Positions 32,615 to 43,681 of a stretch of 64,000 bases of DNA are shown here, piece after piece. Position numbers and translations under genes: made by a program. The DNA is from Blastocladiella emersonii ATCC 22665 (taxonomy: Eukaryota > Fungi > Blastocladiomycota): contig JANHCV010000009.1 of assembly GCA_025594325.1 (NCBI GenBank), positions 1,488,001 through 1,552,000 of the forward strand. The letters run 5' to 3'. The notes beneath the pieces were generated by a model. The model worked only from the letters and a program-made list of their open reading frames with translations, made no database searches and had not been told where the DNA came from. Within the stretch, counting starts at the first letter, position 1, and every line of letters begins with the position of its first letter.

Positions 32615-32684
32615 GTCCCAATTTCCCCTATAGAATGCTGGTACTCTATATAGACACTGACTGTTTCATAGGGGAAATTGGGAC
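32615..32684. other. Concentric palindrome: 17-bp perfect arms around a central TCTATATAGA
   Basis: GTCCCAATTTCCCCTAT (32615-32631) is the reverse complement of 32668-32684; the inner palindrome 32645-32654 has the same centre. Confidence 0.9.
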
Positions 32685-32701
32685 CTTTACGGTGAGTGGC
32701 T

Positions 32702-32821
32702 TCATAGCAGCCGCTTGCGGCAGGTGGTCAGGGACGGGCTCGGGAACTGGCTCGGGGACTGCTCACAGATCGACTTGCAGCTGTGCTCAGGGACCAGACC
32801 AGGGAACTCTGTCAGTGGGTA
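32702..32821 (-). CDS. Possible C-terminal fragment of a small element ORF (YPLTEFPGLVPEHSCKSICEQ...RKRLL*)
   Basis: Open on the minus strand from the right boundary to TGA at 32702; element-type codon junctions (CCT GGT, CCT GAG, TGT GAG); no own ATG. Confidence 0.35.
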   Translation of the reverse strand, partial: YPLTEFPGLVPEHSCKSICEQSPSQFPSPSLTTCRKRLL

Positions 32822-35076
32822 GAGAGAGGGGAGGGGGCGAGGAAGCGCAGGCGGGCGGGACGCCGCGCACCGGGGCAAGGAAGGCGAAGCTAGAATCCGC
32901 GCTCGCGTGTTCCCGCCGAAACCCACGCCTGGGATCACGCCGACCGTTCGCGGCGGGCGGCCGGGATCGCAAACCTGTCCGCGCAAGCGGGGAGGAGCGC
33001 GGGCCGACCAATCGAAGCGAGCGCGCGCGCGGGGAAGCGGAAAGGTGAAACGGCGAGAGCAGGGACGCGCCGTTCAAATTTATGGTTGCGCATTCGGGGC
33101 AGCGCCCACACGCACCAATCGGAATGTCGGACCGCGTGTCCGCACGCCGCGGCGTATTTTTTCGCCCACTCTCCGCGCTCGCGCCCCGAAACTCGGCGGA
33201 TAACTCTAACCCGCGCGCTCGGGCTGGACCGCACGAAACGTCCGCCCGCGCCTTCGCGGCGTCCAGGCACTCCCGGCGCGGTCGGGAGCGTGCTGCTACA
33301 CGTGTTTCGATCGCGTATGCGTCACGCCCGATCATGCTGCGTCACCGCGCCGCCGCCTCCCGCTGATCCCGAGCCGCCCACGCGGACCCGACTCCAGCTA
33401 TGTATCCGGACGGCGTGCTTCCGTCCCGCTTCACGTCTCCCAGCGCTCGGCTGATGTCTCCCATCCGCTCGTTCGTTCGCTACCCCGCGTCGTCGTGAGC
33501 AACGCGTCGAGGGCTCAGACTTGCTGCTGCCGCGACAAGAGTTCGGGTTGCGATTGTCCACGCACCGCACGCACCGCACCGTGCAGGCTGATCGCTCACT
33601 TAAGGTTTTGATCCGGCCTAGCTGCGCCACCCACCCGTTCGCTCGGCCTCTATGCACCGCCACAGCTCTGAGGCAAACCTCACGCACCAGCCGTGATCAA
33701 ACTCTCGCAGCGCTTCATGACCCCGCGACCGCAAGCCTCGGGCCGAATTCGTGGGCCATGCGTGAGAATCGGCCCGACCGCGTGATCGCTCCGCCTGAAA
33801 CGCGTCGCGTCGCGCTTGAACTGGCACTCGCACGCGGTCGTATCGTGAGGGGACTGCAATCGAACGCAGCGAGCTACCCTTGAACCCGCGAGAACCGTTC
33901 GCGTGGCGGGTAGCGTACGGGAAGCTCGGCTGCGTCAGAGCCGACGCGCCAATCCCAGCCATGAATTGGCGGCCGTCTCTTCCGCGTGAACTGATGCCGC
34001 CGTTACTCGCGTTGCATAATCGACGCGGGCGTGACGGCGCGCACGTAGGGCCGGACTTGCCAAGCGCTCGCATGCAACCTCATGAATCCCACTCCATGCA
34101 TCGTTCATGGCGCGCGCATCGCAAGCAGTCCGCGCGCCGACCGGCGGCTGCGAGTGACTTGGTGCTGTCGCCCTCGCGCCGCGCCACTAGTTGGTGAGCG
34201 ACTTTCTGTACGCTTTCAACCAGCGCTCAGGTACACCGGCAAGTCGCGCTGCCCGCCGAGGCCACAGCAGCCCCAAACCTCGTTGTTTCGCTCGTTGAAG
34301 AGTCCGCCGTGCGCGCTGCAAGCGCTGTCCGAAACCCCATCCGAGTGCGCTCTGCAGCGCCAGCGCCATAGAGGCACCTGCCCACGCACTTGGAGCCCTG
34401 CGAGGCCCAGCATAGGCTGCTGCAGCTGTCCGCGCGCGTTGACTTGAACACTTCAGCTCGATCATTCTGGCTTGCCGCCGCTGCCGTTCGACTCGAACCG
34501 AGCCGTCTTTGGTGCCATCATATTCGTAGCCGCTTACCACCGCCGTCTTCGTCTTCATGCGGTCACACATGAGGTATACGCTCGCTGGCTGATTCATCGG
34601 GCGCAGCCGTTGTTGACCCTGACCGCCGCCGCGTGTTGCTCGCGTCTAAAGGGGCTACTTGGCGCTCATCGCGCGCAATGAGGGCCAGAGTCGGCGCTGG
34701 ACGCTGCCCGAACGCGGCGGCCGCGTAGAGCCGCTTGCACCGCAACCCTGTCGTGTACCCGCCGCCATAAGCAGCTATTTCGATCTCCGGCGTGCGTCGT
34801 CGTTCCCGCCGTCGCCGCGGCCTACCCTAATGTCATGTGCTCGCTTGCTGGGCGGGATTCCGCAGTGCGTCGCGACGAGTTGAGACTTTTGTTATGCCGC
34901 GCTTGCACGCAACGTATCTCATTTGCCGCAGGCGAATCCCGCGGGATGTTGAGGATCGACGCGTTCCGATATCATGTGAGCAGGGAGGCAAGTGTGGCGT
35001 GCAGCTCGCGCAGCAATCGCTCGGGTCGCTGAGCGCCGGGTCGTCGCAAATCCTCCCCGCCCTCAACCCTGTTGCA

Positions 35077-36430
35077 ATGTATCAACATGAAACTCCATGC
35101 AACCCGCTTCTTAGACCAGCGCCGTCACGCGACGACCGCATCTCTGACGTTTCTTCCCAAACCTTAACCCCATTGTTCCACGCGCCAGCCTCGGCGTCTG
35201 ATCGCCTGGCGCTTCGCAAAGGGTTGCTGCTGCGTCTTCTTGACGCGCGCGCTCGGTCCGTGCACCTGATCTTGCGTGGGCGGGATCCCTCACTCGGCCG
35301 CGACGAGCTTGCTGTCTCACAATGTCAACTCTCGTCCACCACCGCTCTTATGGACGAGCTCGGCTCGCGCTTAACGCTCCTTGAAAGTTCCCCAGACCCT
35401 GAGCGTGTCGCACCGCGAGTTGAGGGCGTGGGCGGCGGGCCATCCGCGCTGCCCCTCAAAGTTGCGCGTTCCACTCCCACCCTCACAGTTGTGCAGGAGC
35501 GCTCGTCGCGCAGCATCTCGGGCTCAAGTGAAACTTCCGCGTACGAGCTGCGCCGATCTCGGTCTCGCAGCGAGCGCCATTCTCGTAACCGCACTCGCTC
35601 TCGCTCTCGATCTCCCGACCACTCGCCCCGCGCTCGACGTCACTCTCCTCAGCCGCAGAACGTGTCTACGTCACCTACAAACAGTCTTGCGCGCCCAGCT
35701 CGTCCCTTTTCGCCAGCGCGGCAGCTGTCGATGAAATATTTCCGCATCTTGTTCGAGCACCTGCGCAGGGTAACCCTGCGGTTTCAAGGCAACAGTTTGA
35801 CGCGTTCGACAGACGATCCGCACCAGTATCTCGCATGCCTACAACGTGCCACGTCCTCGCCCGACTGCGCCCCGCAGCCGGTCTCCCTCGCGCTCGCGCT
35901 GCTTGCGTCGAGCGAGAGGGTGCCGCGGACCGTCCACCACCTGTACTAGGTGTTTCTTCGCACCGACATGGCAGACGACGAGGCCGCTCAAATCTTTCTC
36001 GATTCGGTCGATCCCGTCGACCCCGCGCGCCGGGAATGGGCCGCGCGGTGGCTCAATCTCGCGCGCACGCCGGGCACCCGGGTCGCCGATTTCTGCGCGC
36101 GGTTCCACGCGCTGCTCGAGGAGGCGGTGCCTGGCGGCGCGGACAAACTCGAGCGCACCTGGGCCATCAAGGTGGGCTTTGCCGAGCGCTAGCTGAGCGT
36201 CCTGGACCCGAAACCCGGGCAGCTGTACGCGATGATCTGGGATCCGACGGAAACGGTGGCGCACATGAGCGAGGCGCTTTGCGACGCGACGTTTCCGGTG
36301 CACCATCCATCCGCGGTCTCGACGCACCGTCCTGGGTGCTGGTTCTGCTTTGACTTTGTCCGCTTGTGCCCGCCCTCAAGCCACTACCACCCCAAGAATG
36401 CGTGCCCGCTCATCATGCACCCGCGCGCGC
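35077..36430 (+). pseudogene. Degenerate retrotransposon Gag-like ORF with two in-frame TAG stops
   Basis: RS-rich region, FQG...DDPHQYL, W..L...G.RVADFCARF, and CWFC-x11-H-x4-C knuckle-like motif; stops at 35947-35949 and 36190-36192, no frameshift. Confidence 0.45.
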
Positions 36431-36873
36431 TGGGTGAAGCCGTGATCGCGGCTATGCGCGCTGCAGCGATCGATTGGCGGAGCTGCAAGCGCACAGCGCG
36501 GTCCACAAAGGATGCACTTGGAGACCTTCATGCCCGCTTGCACCGAGCGACCAAGAAACCCGACGCGGTGCGGCTTGGGGAAACTGTGCTTCACGCAGTA
36601 CTCGGCTCGGCTCGGCACGGCACTCGTTGCACATCCAGCGGCGACTGGTCTGCAGGATGGGGTCCGTTCTGGATGAGGCCGCGTCGTAGAGATAATATAG
36701 TTGATCTGTCCGGACTGATGCGGAGCAGGAGACAGGCCTCGCGGCGTGCGTGTGTCGCGCCGCGTCGGACGCGTCGGATCGAACGTGGCTTGGGACGTGA
36801 GACAATCTATCACGGGGAGGCCGGGGCGCCACAACGGCCCCGACTCGCTTCCGCTCTCGGCTTTCTGTTCATC

Positions 36874-38112
36874 ATGCACGCAACAATGGACGCTCATGGA
36901 TGGAACCCGATGCAATACGCTTGGAACCTGCAGCCCAACGGATCACAGCGAGCGGCCAGCGCCGAGGCGAACTTTGCCGTTTCGCCGCTGATCGGGGTCG
37001 AGGCTTCGCCGGCAGTTGCGGGCCATAACGGTCCGCCTGGGTTTCTTGCTCCTCTGCTTCAAACCGTCGACGCAAAGCCGGCCTTGACGCAACTTCTCCC
37101 CGCGCCGCCCGTCGCTTCCCCCGCGAGCGACTTGGCACTTATCCGTGACCTGCGCGACCTCGTCCTTCCAACACTTGGCTCGCCCGACGTCGATCCTGCG
37201 GCCTGGTTCGATATCGTCGAGGCCGACTTGACTGCCCTCGGCGTCCCGCAGCGCCTTTGGCACTTTGCAGCGCTTCATCACGTCCAGCACGATCTCGCTC
37301 GTCGACTCCGCGTTCGCGCGCACCAGCTCAACTCAACCGGTGCTGACCTGTGGCGCTCTGGCTTCCGCGCGGCTGTCCTCGAACTCGTCGCGCCTGCCAC
37401 ACCTTCGCCAGTAACTGAGTCCAAGCTTATTGTTCCCGACGCTTTGCCCAATGCGCAAGGCAATCACAACCAAGCATCGGCGGGTTCAATCGACTTGAAA
37501 AACGCTCCATCGGACGCGTCGCCCGTCGAGCCCGCGGAAGCTTCTACAATTCAACTATCCGACGTTTCCGTTGAACTTGCGGCCTCGAGCGGCTCTGCCA
37601 TCGACGGCAATAATACGGCGTGCGCTGCCGAGCCTCAGACCAAAACCGAGCCGCTTGACACAGTTTCCGACGAGTTCTGGGTCGACGAGTACAAGGATAC
37701 TTCCAGCTCGGTTTCCAACTCGGCCGATGCCCGCGACACCGCCAGAAGTTCGTCTATTTCGACTCTCCCAACGCTCGAGTCCATGCGCGCCGTGGCGGTG
37801 TCCAAGTATCTCTCGTCCACTACCACTCGGACGAGCGGCCCCACTTCGCAACATTCCGCTCCGTCTCGGCGCAACGCCTCGACTGGCAAGTCGAAAGCTG
37901 CCCGCGCTCGTGCGTCCAAACCGGTTCCCGCGCGCCCCAAGACCGCTTTCATGTATTTTGCCGAGGAAATGCGAGCCGTGGTCCAAGCGTCGCTCCCTGG
38001 CGCGAATCCCGACATGGTTGACCGAACCATTCGCGAGTGCTGGCGCGGAATGAGCGAGAGCGAGCGAGCGTCGTACCACATCCTCGCCGAGATCGGGACT
38101 GGGGGCGATTGA
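36874..38112 (+). CDS. Protein with Gag-like N-terminal domain and C-terminal HMG box
   Basis: PARPKTAFMYFAEEMRAVVQASLPGANPDMVDRTIRECWRGMSESERASYHILA is an HMG-box pattern; N-terminus contains DPAAWFDIVEADL. Confidence 0.7.
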   Translation: MHATMDAHGWNPMQYAWNLQPNGSQRAASAEANFAVSPLIGVEASPAVAGHNGPPGFLAPLLQTVDAKPALTQLLPAPPVASPASDLALIRDLRDLVLPTLGSPDVDPAAWFDIVEADLTALGVPQRLWHFAALHHVQHDLARRLRVRAHQLNSTGADLWRSGFRAAVLELVAPATPSPVTESKLIVPDALPNAQGNHNQASAGSIDLKNAPSDASPVEPAEASTIQLSDVSVELAASSGSAIDGNNTACAAEPQTKTEPLDTVSDEFWVDEYKDTSSSVSNSADARDTARSSSISTLPTLESMRAVAVSKYLSSTTTRTSGPTSQHSAPSRRNASTGKSKAARARASKPVPARPKTAFMYFAEEMRAVVQASLPGANPDMVDRTIRECWRGMSESERASYHILAEIGTGGD

Positions 38113-38503
38113 TGTCCTCGCGTGCACGCGGAGGCGTGGACCGTCGACTTTGTTTTCGTTGATGTTAAATGCTTGATGTTTCTCTACCTTGATTTAATAT
38201 ACTCGCATGTTTCCGAACGGGCCCATGGCTGTGCAGCATACCAGATGATGAGTCTATGTTCTGCGGGCGACTCGTACATCATCCTGGTCGTGCGCACCGA
38301 CACGAGGTGGAATGAAGAGAACATACGCGTGAGCTGTTATCGATTGAGGAGCCGAGTCGCTGCGCGCGAGGGCCCTGGTCGCGTTGCGCCACAGCGTGTG
38401 TGAGACATGAGACATGGCATCACGTGGCGCTCGAACATCAAACACAAGCCGCCTCCCCTCGCCCGCCGTCTTCTCCCCGGCAACCCCTCACACACACGCA
38501 GCA

Positions 38504-40730
38504 ATGGAAACTCATGGATGGGACCCTATGCAATACGCTTGGATGCCGTGGCCCGACGGGTCGCTGCTTGCGGCGGGCGCCGGGGCGGCACTCGGTCTGT
38601 CGCCTCAGGCCGCCGGGCCGCAGCTCGACGCTTTTGGTTACGCCGCCCCGCCGTCTGCGCCTCCCGGCTTCAGCTCGCTCTTGAATCAACCCAACACGTC
38701 AGCACCGAACACGGCGCACGCTGACGAAACCTCCCCGTCATGCTCTTGTGCAACCGACGTTGCCGCGCTTCGCGAGGCGCGCAAGCTTATCCTGCCCGCA
38801 CTTGGTTCCGCCGACTTTGATGCCGATCCCGCGAAATGGCTCGAGATCCTCGAGGTCGACTTGGCTGCGCTCGGCTTGCCCGAGCGCCAGCGGCACCTTG
38901 CTGCGCTTCATCACGTTCAACCTGAGCTTGCGCGCCGGCTTCGCGTGCGCACTCACCAGCTTGCTTCACCCGGAACCGACTTGTGGCACGACGGCTTTCG
39001 CGCAGCTGTTCTCGAACTTGCGCCGGCTACTCCTTCGGTGCACGCAACCAACGTGCCCGCGGAGTCCGAACCCGGCTCGATTGCATCCTTGCCGAGTCTC
39101 GATCCTGTCGAATCGAGCCCGAACGTAACGCCGACTCACGATACGCCGCTGCCCTCGAGTGAAGATCACGTCGATGTTTTGTTATCGTGTGAAGCTTCGC
39201 TCGAGTCCGCGACACGCTACGAAGACGATAAGCCGTCCTCGATTTTCCCGGTCCCCGAACCAACTAGCTTTGACGACTCTACCGATCTTGGCTCGTGCGC
39301 AGTTCAACGGGACGTCACGAGTGCTGATGATAGCAGTTTTGTGCCCGCTTCCGTCGAGTCACCTGAGCCGACGCCCACTGCCCAAGATTCCGCGGCCGAT
39401 TTGCTATTGTTGGAGACGACCACCTTGGCAGTCGAACTTTGTACGAAAGCCATGAACTTGCCGCGCGCGGGTGTCCCTGGCTTGCACGCGTCCGCGTCTG
39501 ATTCGAATGCAGCTGCCGTCAGCGACTCCGCAGTCCCAACTCCCGTGCTCTCTCACAGCTCGGACGGCAATTCATCCGACGCTGGCGACTCGGACGCGTC
39601 GTTGCCCGACTCTTCTGTATCGCTTCCGACGCAAATCGCTGAACTGCAAGCGGTTCCGCTTGCTCCTCCGTCACCCGCCCGAACTGAGGCCGTTGAGAAC
39701 ATTCGCGTGAATTTGGTCGCCGAGCGGATCCTCTTCCTCGCGAGTTTCTCTTCTCAAAGTTTGGCTATCATGCCGGCCCAGGCCACCATTCTCGACGTGT
39801 ACGAACGTTTCAAGCTCACTAAAATGAGCTCTCCCGCGTATTATTGGGTGATGACCGACGTGGAGCTCGGGGCCTTGGGACTCAGCGGGTCTCTTGGCCC
39901 CGCGGGCCTCATTGCTGACGCGAACACGTCCATTTCGCTGCTGGCCAAGCCGATTCCACGACAGTCGCGTGACGGGAGCTCGGTCGTTGCTCAGCTCTCT
40001 ATTTTCCGTATCGAAGGCGAGACGCCCGAGCATATCGCGGCCGCACTTGCAGCCGATCCGCCCTATACTTCTCTCAAACTCCGCGAGCAGACCAGCATCG
40101 TCTCGTCGCGACTCATGCTCGCCGTCAAGCTTTACTCGAGCGCGACGCGGGTGCGGTACGTCAGCACCGTGTGGGTTGACTGGAAGGACACGCCGTCGAC
40201 CTTGATCTGGACCGCCCTCGCCAAGAACTTGTTGGGCAAACGCGATTGCCTTTGCGCGAAGTCGCTCTTCGCTTCGCTGCTCAACGTGTTCGAGGAGCGG
40301 GGCACCGCGGCGCCGCGCTCGCTCAACGCCAAAAAAGTCGTGGCGGTCGCTCAACGTGCGGTTCGGCGCCATGATCGTGCTCGAGTTTGGCACACCCGAT
40401 TGCGTCGGCCTCTATCACGCTCTCCCGCCGTGCGAATTCCATGTTGGCGGATCGGGTTTCTTCGTCTCAACAGGCAAGTCAACAGGTTCCTTTGCGGTCG
40501 AACATGCTCCACTTGCTGTCAAAAGTTTCTATCATCCCGACAACATGGGCCTCGCTGTCCCGTGGGCCATTGACGCGTTGATTCTCGGCCAAGCTCAACT
40601 GCCAGTCCCTGAGCATGTGACGCAGTGGTCGGCAAATCTCGACCACTACCACGGCTTTCGCGAGCATCTGCGTATTCTCAAGGAGTGTGGGACTTCGCCG
40701 GACGTGCTTTTGAAGCTGTTTGGTCAATAA
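38504..40730 (+). CDS. Tandem paralog sharing the N-terminal domain of 36874-38112 but with an unrelated C-terminus; apparent frameshift at ~40350
   Basis: HGW.PMQYAW and DPA.W..I.E.DL.ALG.P.R..H.AALHHVQ..LARRLRVR.HQL are shared; the coding-like frame moves to ORF 40356-40730. Confidence 0.6.
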
Positions 40731-41179
40731 ATCTCTAGTTTATCGCGACGATGGTGCCGTCTCGTAGTTTCTGAAAGTGGCGCGCGATTCACGGCCCACG
40801 ACGAAGTCGCGAAACGAGACCCGCTCGCGCCGCTCATATCACATGATTCCTTGACGCGAATCGCACCGAACACAATGCTCTCCTTGTCGCTATTTACCGT
40901 GGCCGCTCAAGAGTTGTCTCTGGTCGCTGAATATCAAAGCTGATCGCTGTGAGCCAATGCGGTCAAACCTGCGCAACGCTGCCGCACGCATGCGAATCGA
41001 ACGTCCGCTGGTACGCGTATTAAGCAAGGTGAAGTAAGATCAGAGAGAGGGATATTGTATTCGCGCTTCGCCCGCGCATCAAATTTGCGAGCTAGCTGGA
41101 CAGGGATTCGAGCGATGCACGCCCACAACGGCCGCGTCGCAACGACCGCGACTGCTCGCCAGCGTGCGCGCCGGACCGC

Positions 41180-42019
41180 TTAGTAGTGCTTAGCAACCTT
41201 GGTCGGCTTGCACTTCTTGGTCTTGCGCGAGTGCGTGGGCTTGGCGGGGGCGGGGGCGGGGGCAGGGGCAGGGACCGGGAAGACGGGGGCGACGGGCTCG
41301 GGGGCCGGCGCGGGCCCGGGGACGATCGGCGTGGGCGCGGGAGCGGGGATCACGGGGTCGGGGTTCTTCGGCGCGGGCGCGGGGACCGGGGCGGGGGCGG
41401 GAGCGGGCGTAGGGGCCGGGTTCGGGTTCGGGTTGACAGGCGTGGGCTTCGGGTCGACGGGAGCGACGGGGATGGGCGGCTCGCGCGGGTCGACGTTGGT
41501 CGGGGTCGGGTTGATGGGCGAGGTCGCCGTGGCGGTGGTCGTGGTCGTGGACGTCTGGGTGGTCGCCGAGGAGGTGGTCGAGGACGTCTGGGTGGTCGCC
41601 GAGGAGGTGGTCGTGGTCGAGGACGTCTGGGTGGTCGCCGAGGAGGTGGTCGTGGTCGACGCGGTCGACGTGGAGGTAGGCGTCGTCGTGGTCGTTGACG
41701 TGGACGTAGGCGGCGTGGTCGTCGTTGACGTGGACGTAGGCGGCGTGGTCGTCGTTGACGTGGACGTAGGCGGCGTCGTCGTCGTTGACGTGGACGTAGG
41801 CGGCGTCGTCGTCGTTGACGTGGAGGTAGGCGGCGCCTTGGTCGTCGACGTGGACGTAGGCGGCGGCGTCGTCGTGGTCGAGGACGTCTGGGTGGTCGCC
41901 GAGGCGGTGCCGGTCGACGACGACGTGGCGACGGCCGTGATGTTGTCGTCGCGGATGGGCGCGGCCTGGGCCAGGACGGCGAGGACGGCGAGAAGGACGG
42001 TGATGGCGGAGATGCGCAT
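41180..42019 (-). CDS. Secreted Thr/Pro-rich (mucin/extensin-like) protein, 279 aa
   Basis: Signal peptide MRISAITVLLAVLAVLAQA; 30-bp TTTTPPTSTS repeats; PA repeats; basic C-terminus. Confidence 0.85.
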   Translation of the reverse strand: MRISAITVLLAVLAVLAQAAPIRDDNITAVATSSSTGTASATTQTSSTTTTPPPTSTSTTKAPPTSTSTTTTPPTSTSTTTTPPTSTSTTTTPPTSTSTTTTPPTSTSTTTTTPTSTSTASTTTTSSATTQTSSTTTTSSATTQTSSTTSSATTQTSTTTTTATATSPINPTPTNVDPREPPIPVAPVDPKPTPVNPNPNPAPTPAPAPAPVPAPAPKNPDPVIPAPAPTPIVPGPAPAPEPVAPVFPVPAPAPAPAPAKPTHSRKTKKCKPTKVAKHY

Positions 42020-43681
42020 GGTGGTGCGTGGCGGATGTCTGTCTATCGGGCTCTATACAGCGGCTCGGTCTAGGCGCTCCGTCTCGTCTTGGAGAGCGAG
42101 GGCGCGGCGGGAGGGCGCGCGAGCTTTATACCGGTCCGCGAGCAAGCGGGCGCCAAGCGACACGGATCACGCAAGCGCGCGGCCGCAAACGTGGCGACGC
42201 CGTGGCGGCGGCGAGCGAGCGAGTGAGCGAAAACAAGGGCGAAGCGCTGAAACGATCCGATGCGGACAGTCGCGAGGTGGCCCACGCTGGTCAGCACGCT
42301 GGTCGCCCTCCGTTTGCAACGCTCCTCCGCGCCAAATCACGTCACGCCCGCTGCCCAACTCGTGTCCAGCCCCTGATCCGTCACCCGCTACTAGTATCGC
42401 GCTCTTCTTGAAGGACCTCACGCGTCCGATCGGCTCTCAAGCGGGCAGACCGCGAGGCGGGCGGCGCGAAGCGCGGGGACGTCCACTGCAGCCGGGGAGA
42501 GCTGCGCGGCGCCGACGCATGGATACATTCGATGCCATGTGTGCGTGACCGATTGCATGTGAGCGTCGTCCCCGACGTTGCGAGCAAACGGCCCGCCGGC
42601 GGGCCACGCGCGCGGATCTGCCCAAGCGCGCGAGCCCTCGCCAAACCGCGACGTGGCGCAAGCCGACGCCCGTCACGTGCCGCTCACATGATATCCCGGC
42701 GCGTCTCGCAGGCTGCCTCGCGCCGCTCGTCGACGCGTATCTCCAGTTTCTGCTTCTGTAACGCAGACAAAGGATGCGGTGGGACGACATCGCGCGTCAA
42801 CAGCTGAAGACATTTGAGGAAACGGGTCCATATAGGTGAAGCGAGCGGCGTATTGACTCGTCCCTGTCGGACGTTTTCCTCAGTCACTCAGAGCGCTCTC
42901 TATCGACGGCTACGCGAGCGACTCCATAACGCCCAAAAACTCTTGCGTGCACGCATCCGCCTCGTCGTCAGTCCGTGCGAGGTGTGAAACCGCGCGTGCC
43001 GCACCAAGACCTTGGTGACAGTCGGGTGCGGCAGGAACGTTCTACCGAGCTCGACGCGCGCTGAGAACAAGTCGCGTCGCGTGTGTCAAGGGTTGTGTGC
43101 GCATCGGTCCAGCAGCTCACCATCTTGGTGGGCGTGACCTCGCAAGGGGACCGCGTCACGCGGGTGTAATACAGGTTCAGCCGCTGGCGAGTCTCAGCTG
43201 TAGCTTTACTTGGCTTCTTGAGACTGTTTCAGTTGGTGAAAGTGAAGTAGTTTATCAATTCTCAATCCTGCTCAGCAGGGACAGTCGCTCCATGTCCTTC
43301 GCCACGTGCTGTAATGCCTTCTGCACGAGAACCCGACTGTTGAACCGGATGATGAGGATGTCCTCGGTCCTGCGCGCTTGAGAGAGGACCATGTACGGGT
43401 ACTGGGCAGGAAAACGATGCGGGAGCTTGGGGTCGCCAAAGTCGGCAATGACCTTGTTCAGGGTCATCGTTGTGAGAACACGAACGCGAGCGCCGACGCG
43501 ACGCGTCACGCAACGCGTCTTTGAAACGCGTTCTCAGAGTTCAGGGGTAAACTCTTTGAGCTCGCCAGTCGACGAGCACCTCACAAATTCGAGTAGTAAC
43601 CAGTTGGAAGAAAAAGAGTTTGGAATATATCAGACAGCGGAAGTATTTTCGAAAGAAACGAAGGAAGGAACAGGATCAGGA

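Larger units (their letters stand above)
18620..32821. mobile_element. Endogenous Polinton/virophage-related, apparently capsid-less DNA element (~8.9 kb net of the nested LTR element)
   Basis: Intronless, tightly packed ORFs (primase-helicase, YR, rve integrase, fibre-like protein). Visibly lower GC and CpG than the flanks. Boundaries inferred from composition shifts at ~18620 and ~32821. Confidence 0.8.

Noticed and set aside
18620-32830. Polinton-style TIRs and 5-6 bp TSD at the element ends
   Set aside because: Only 4 bp (ACCC/GGGT) are inverted; the AGAGAG run at 32821 is in the wrong orientation for a Polinton terminus; no duplicated flank.
32821-33048. Restoring the F-box gene by joining 18619 to 32821
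   Set aside because: The join can be in frame, but the downstream sequence has poor codon bias and looks like a purine-rich promoter region of the opposite strand; not supported as coding.
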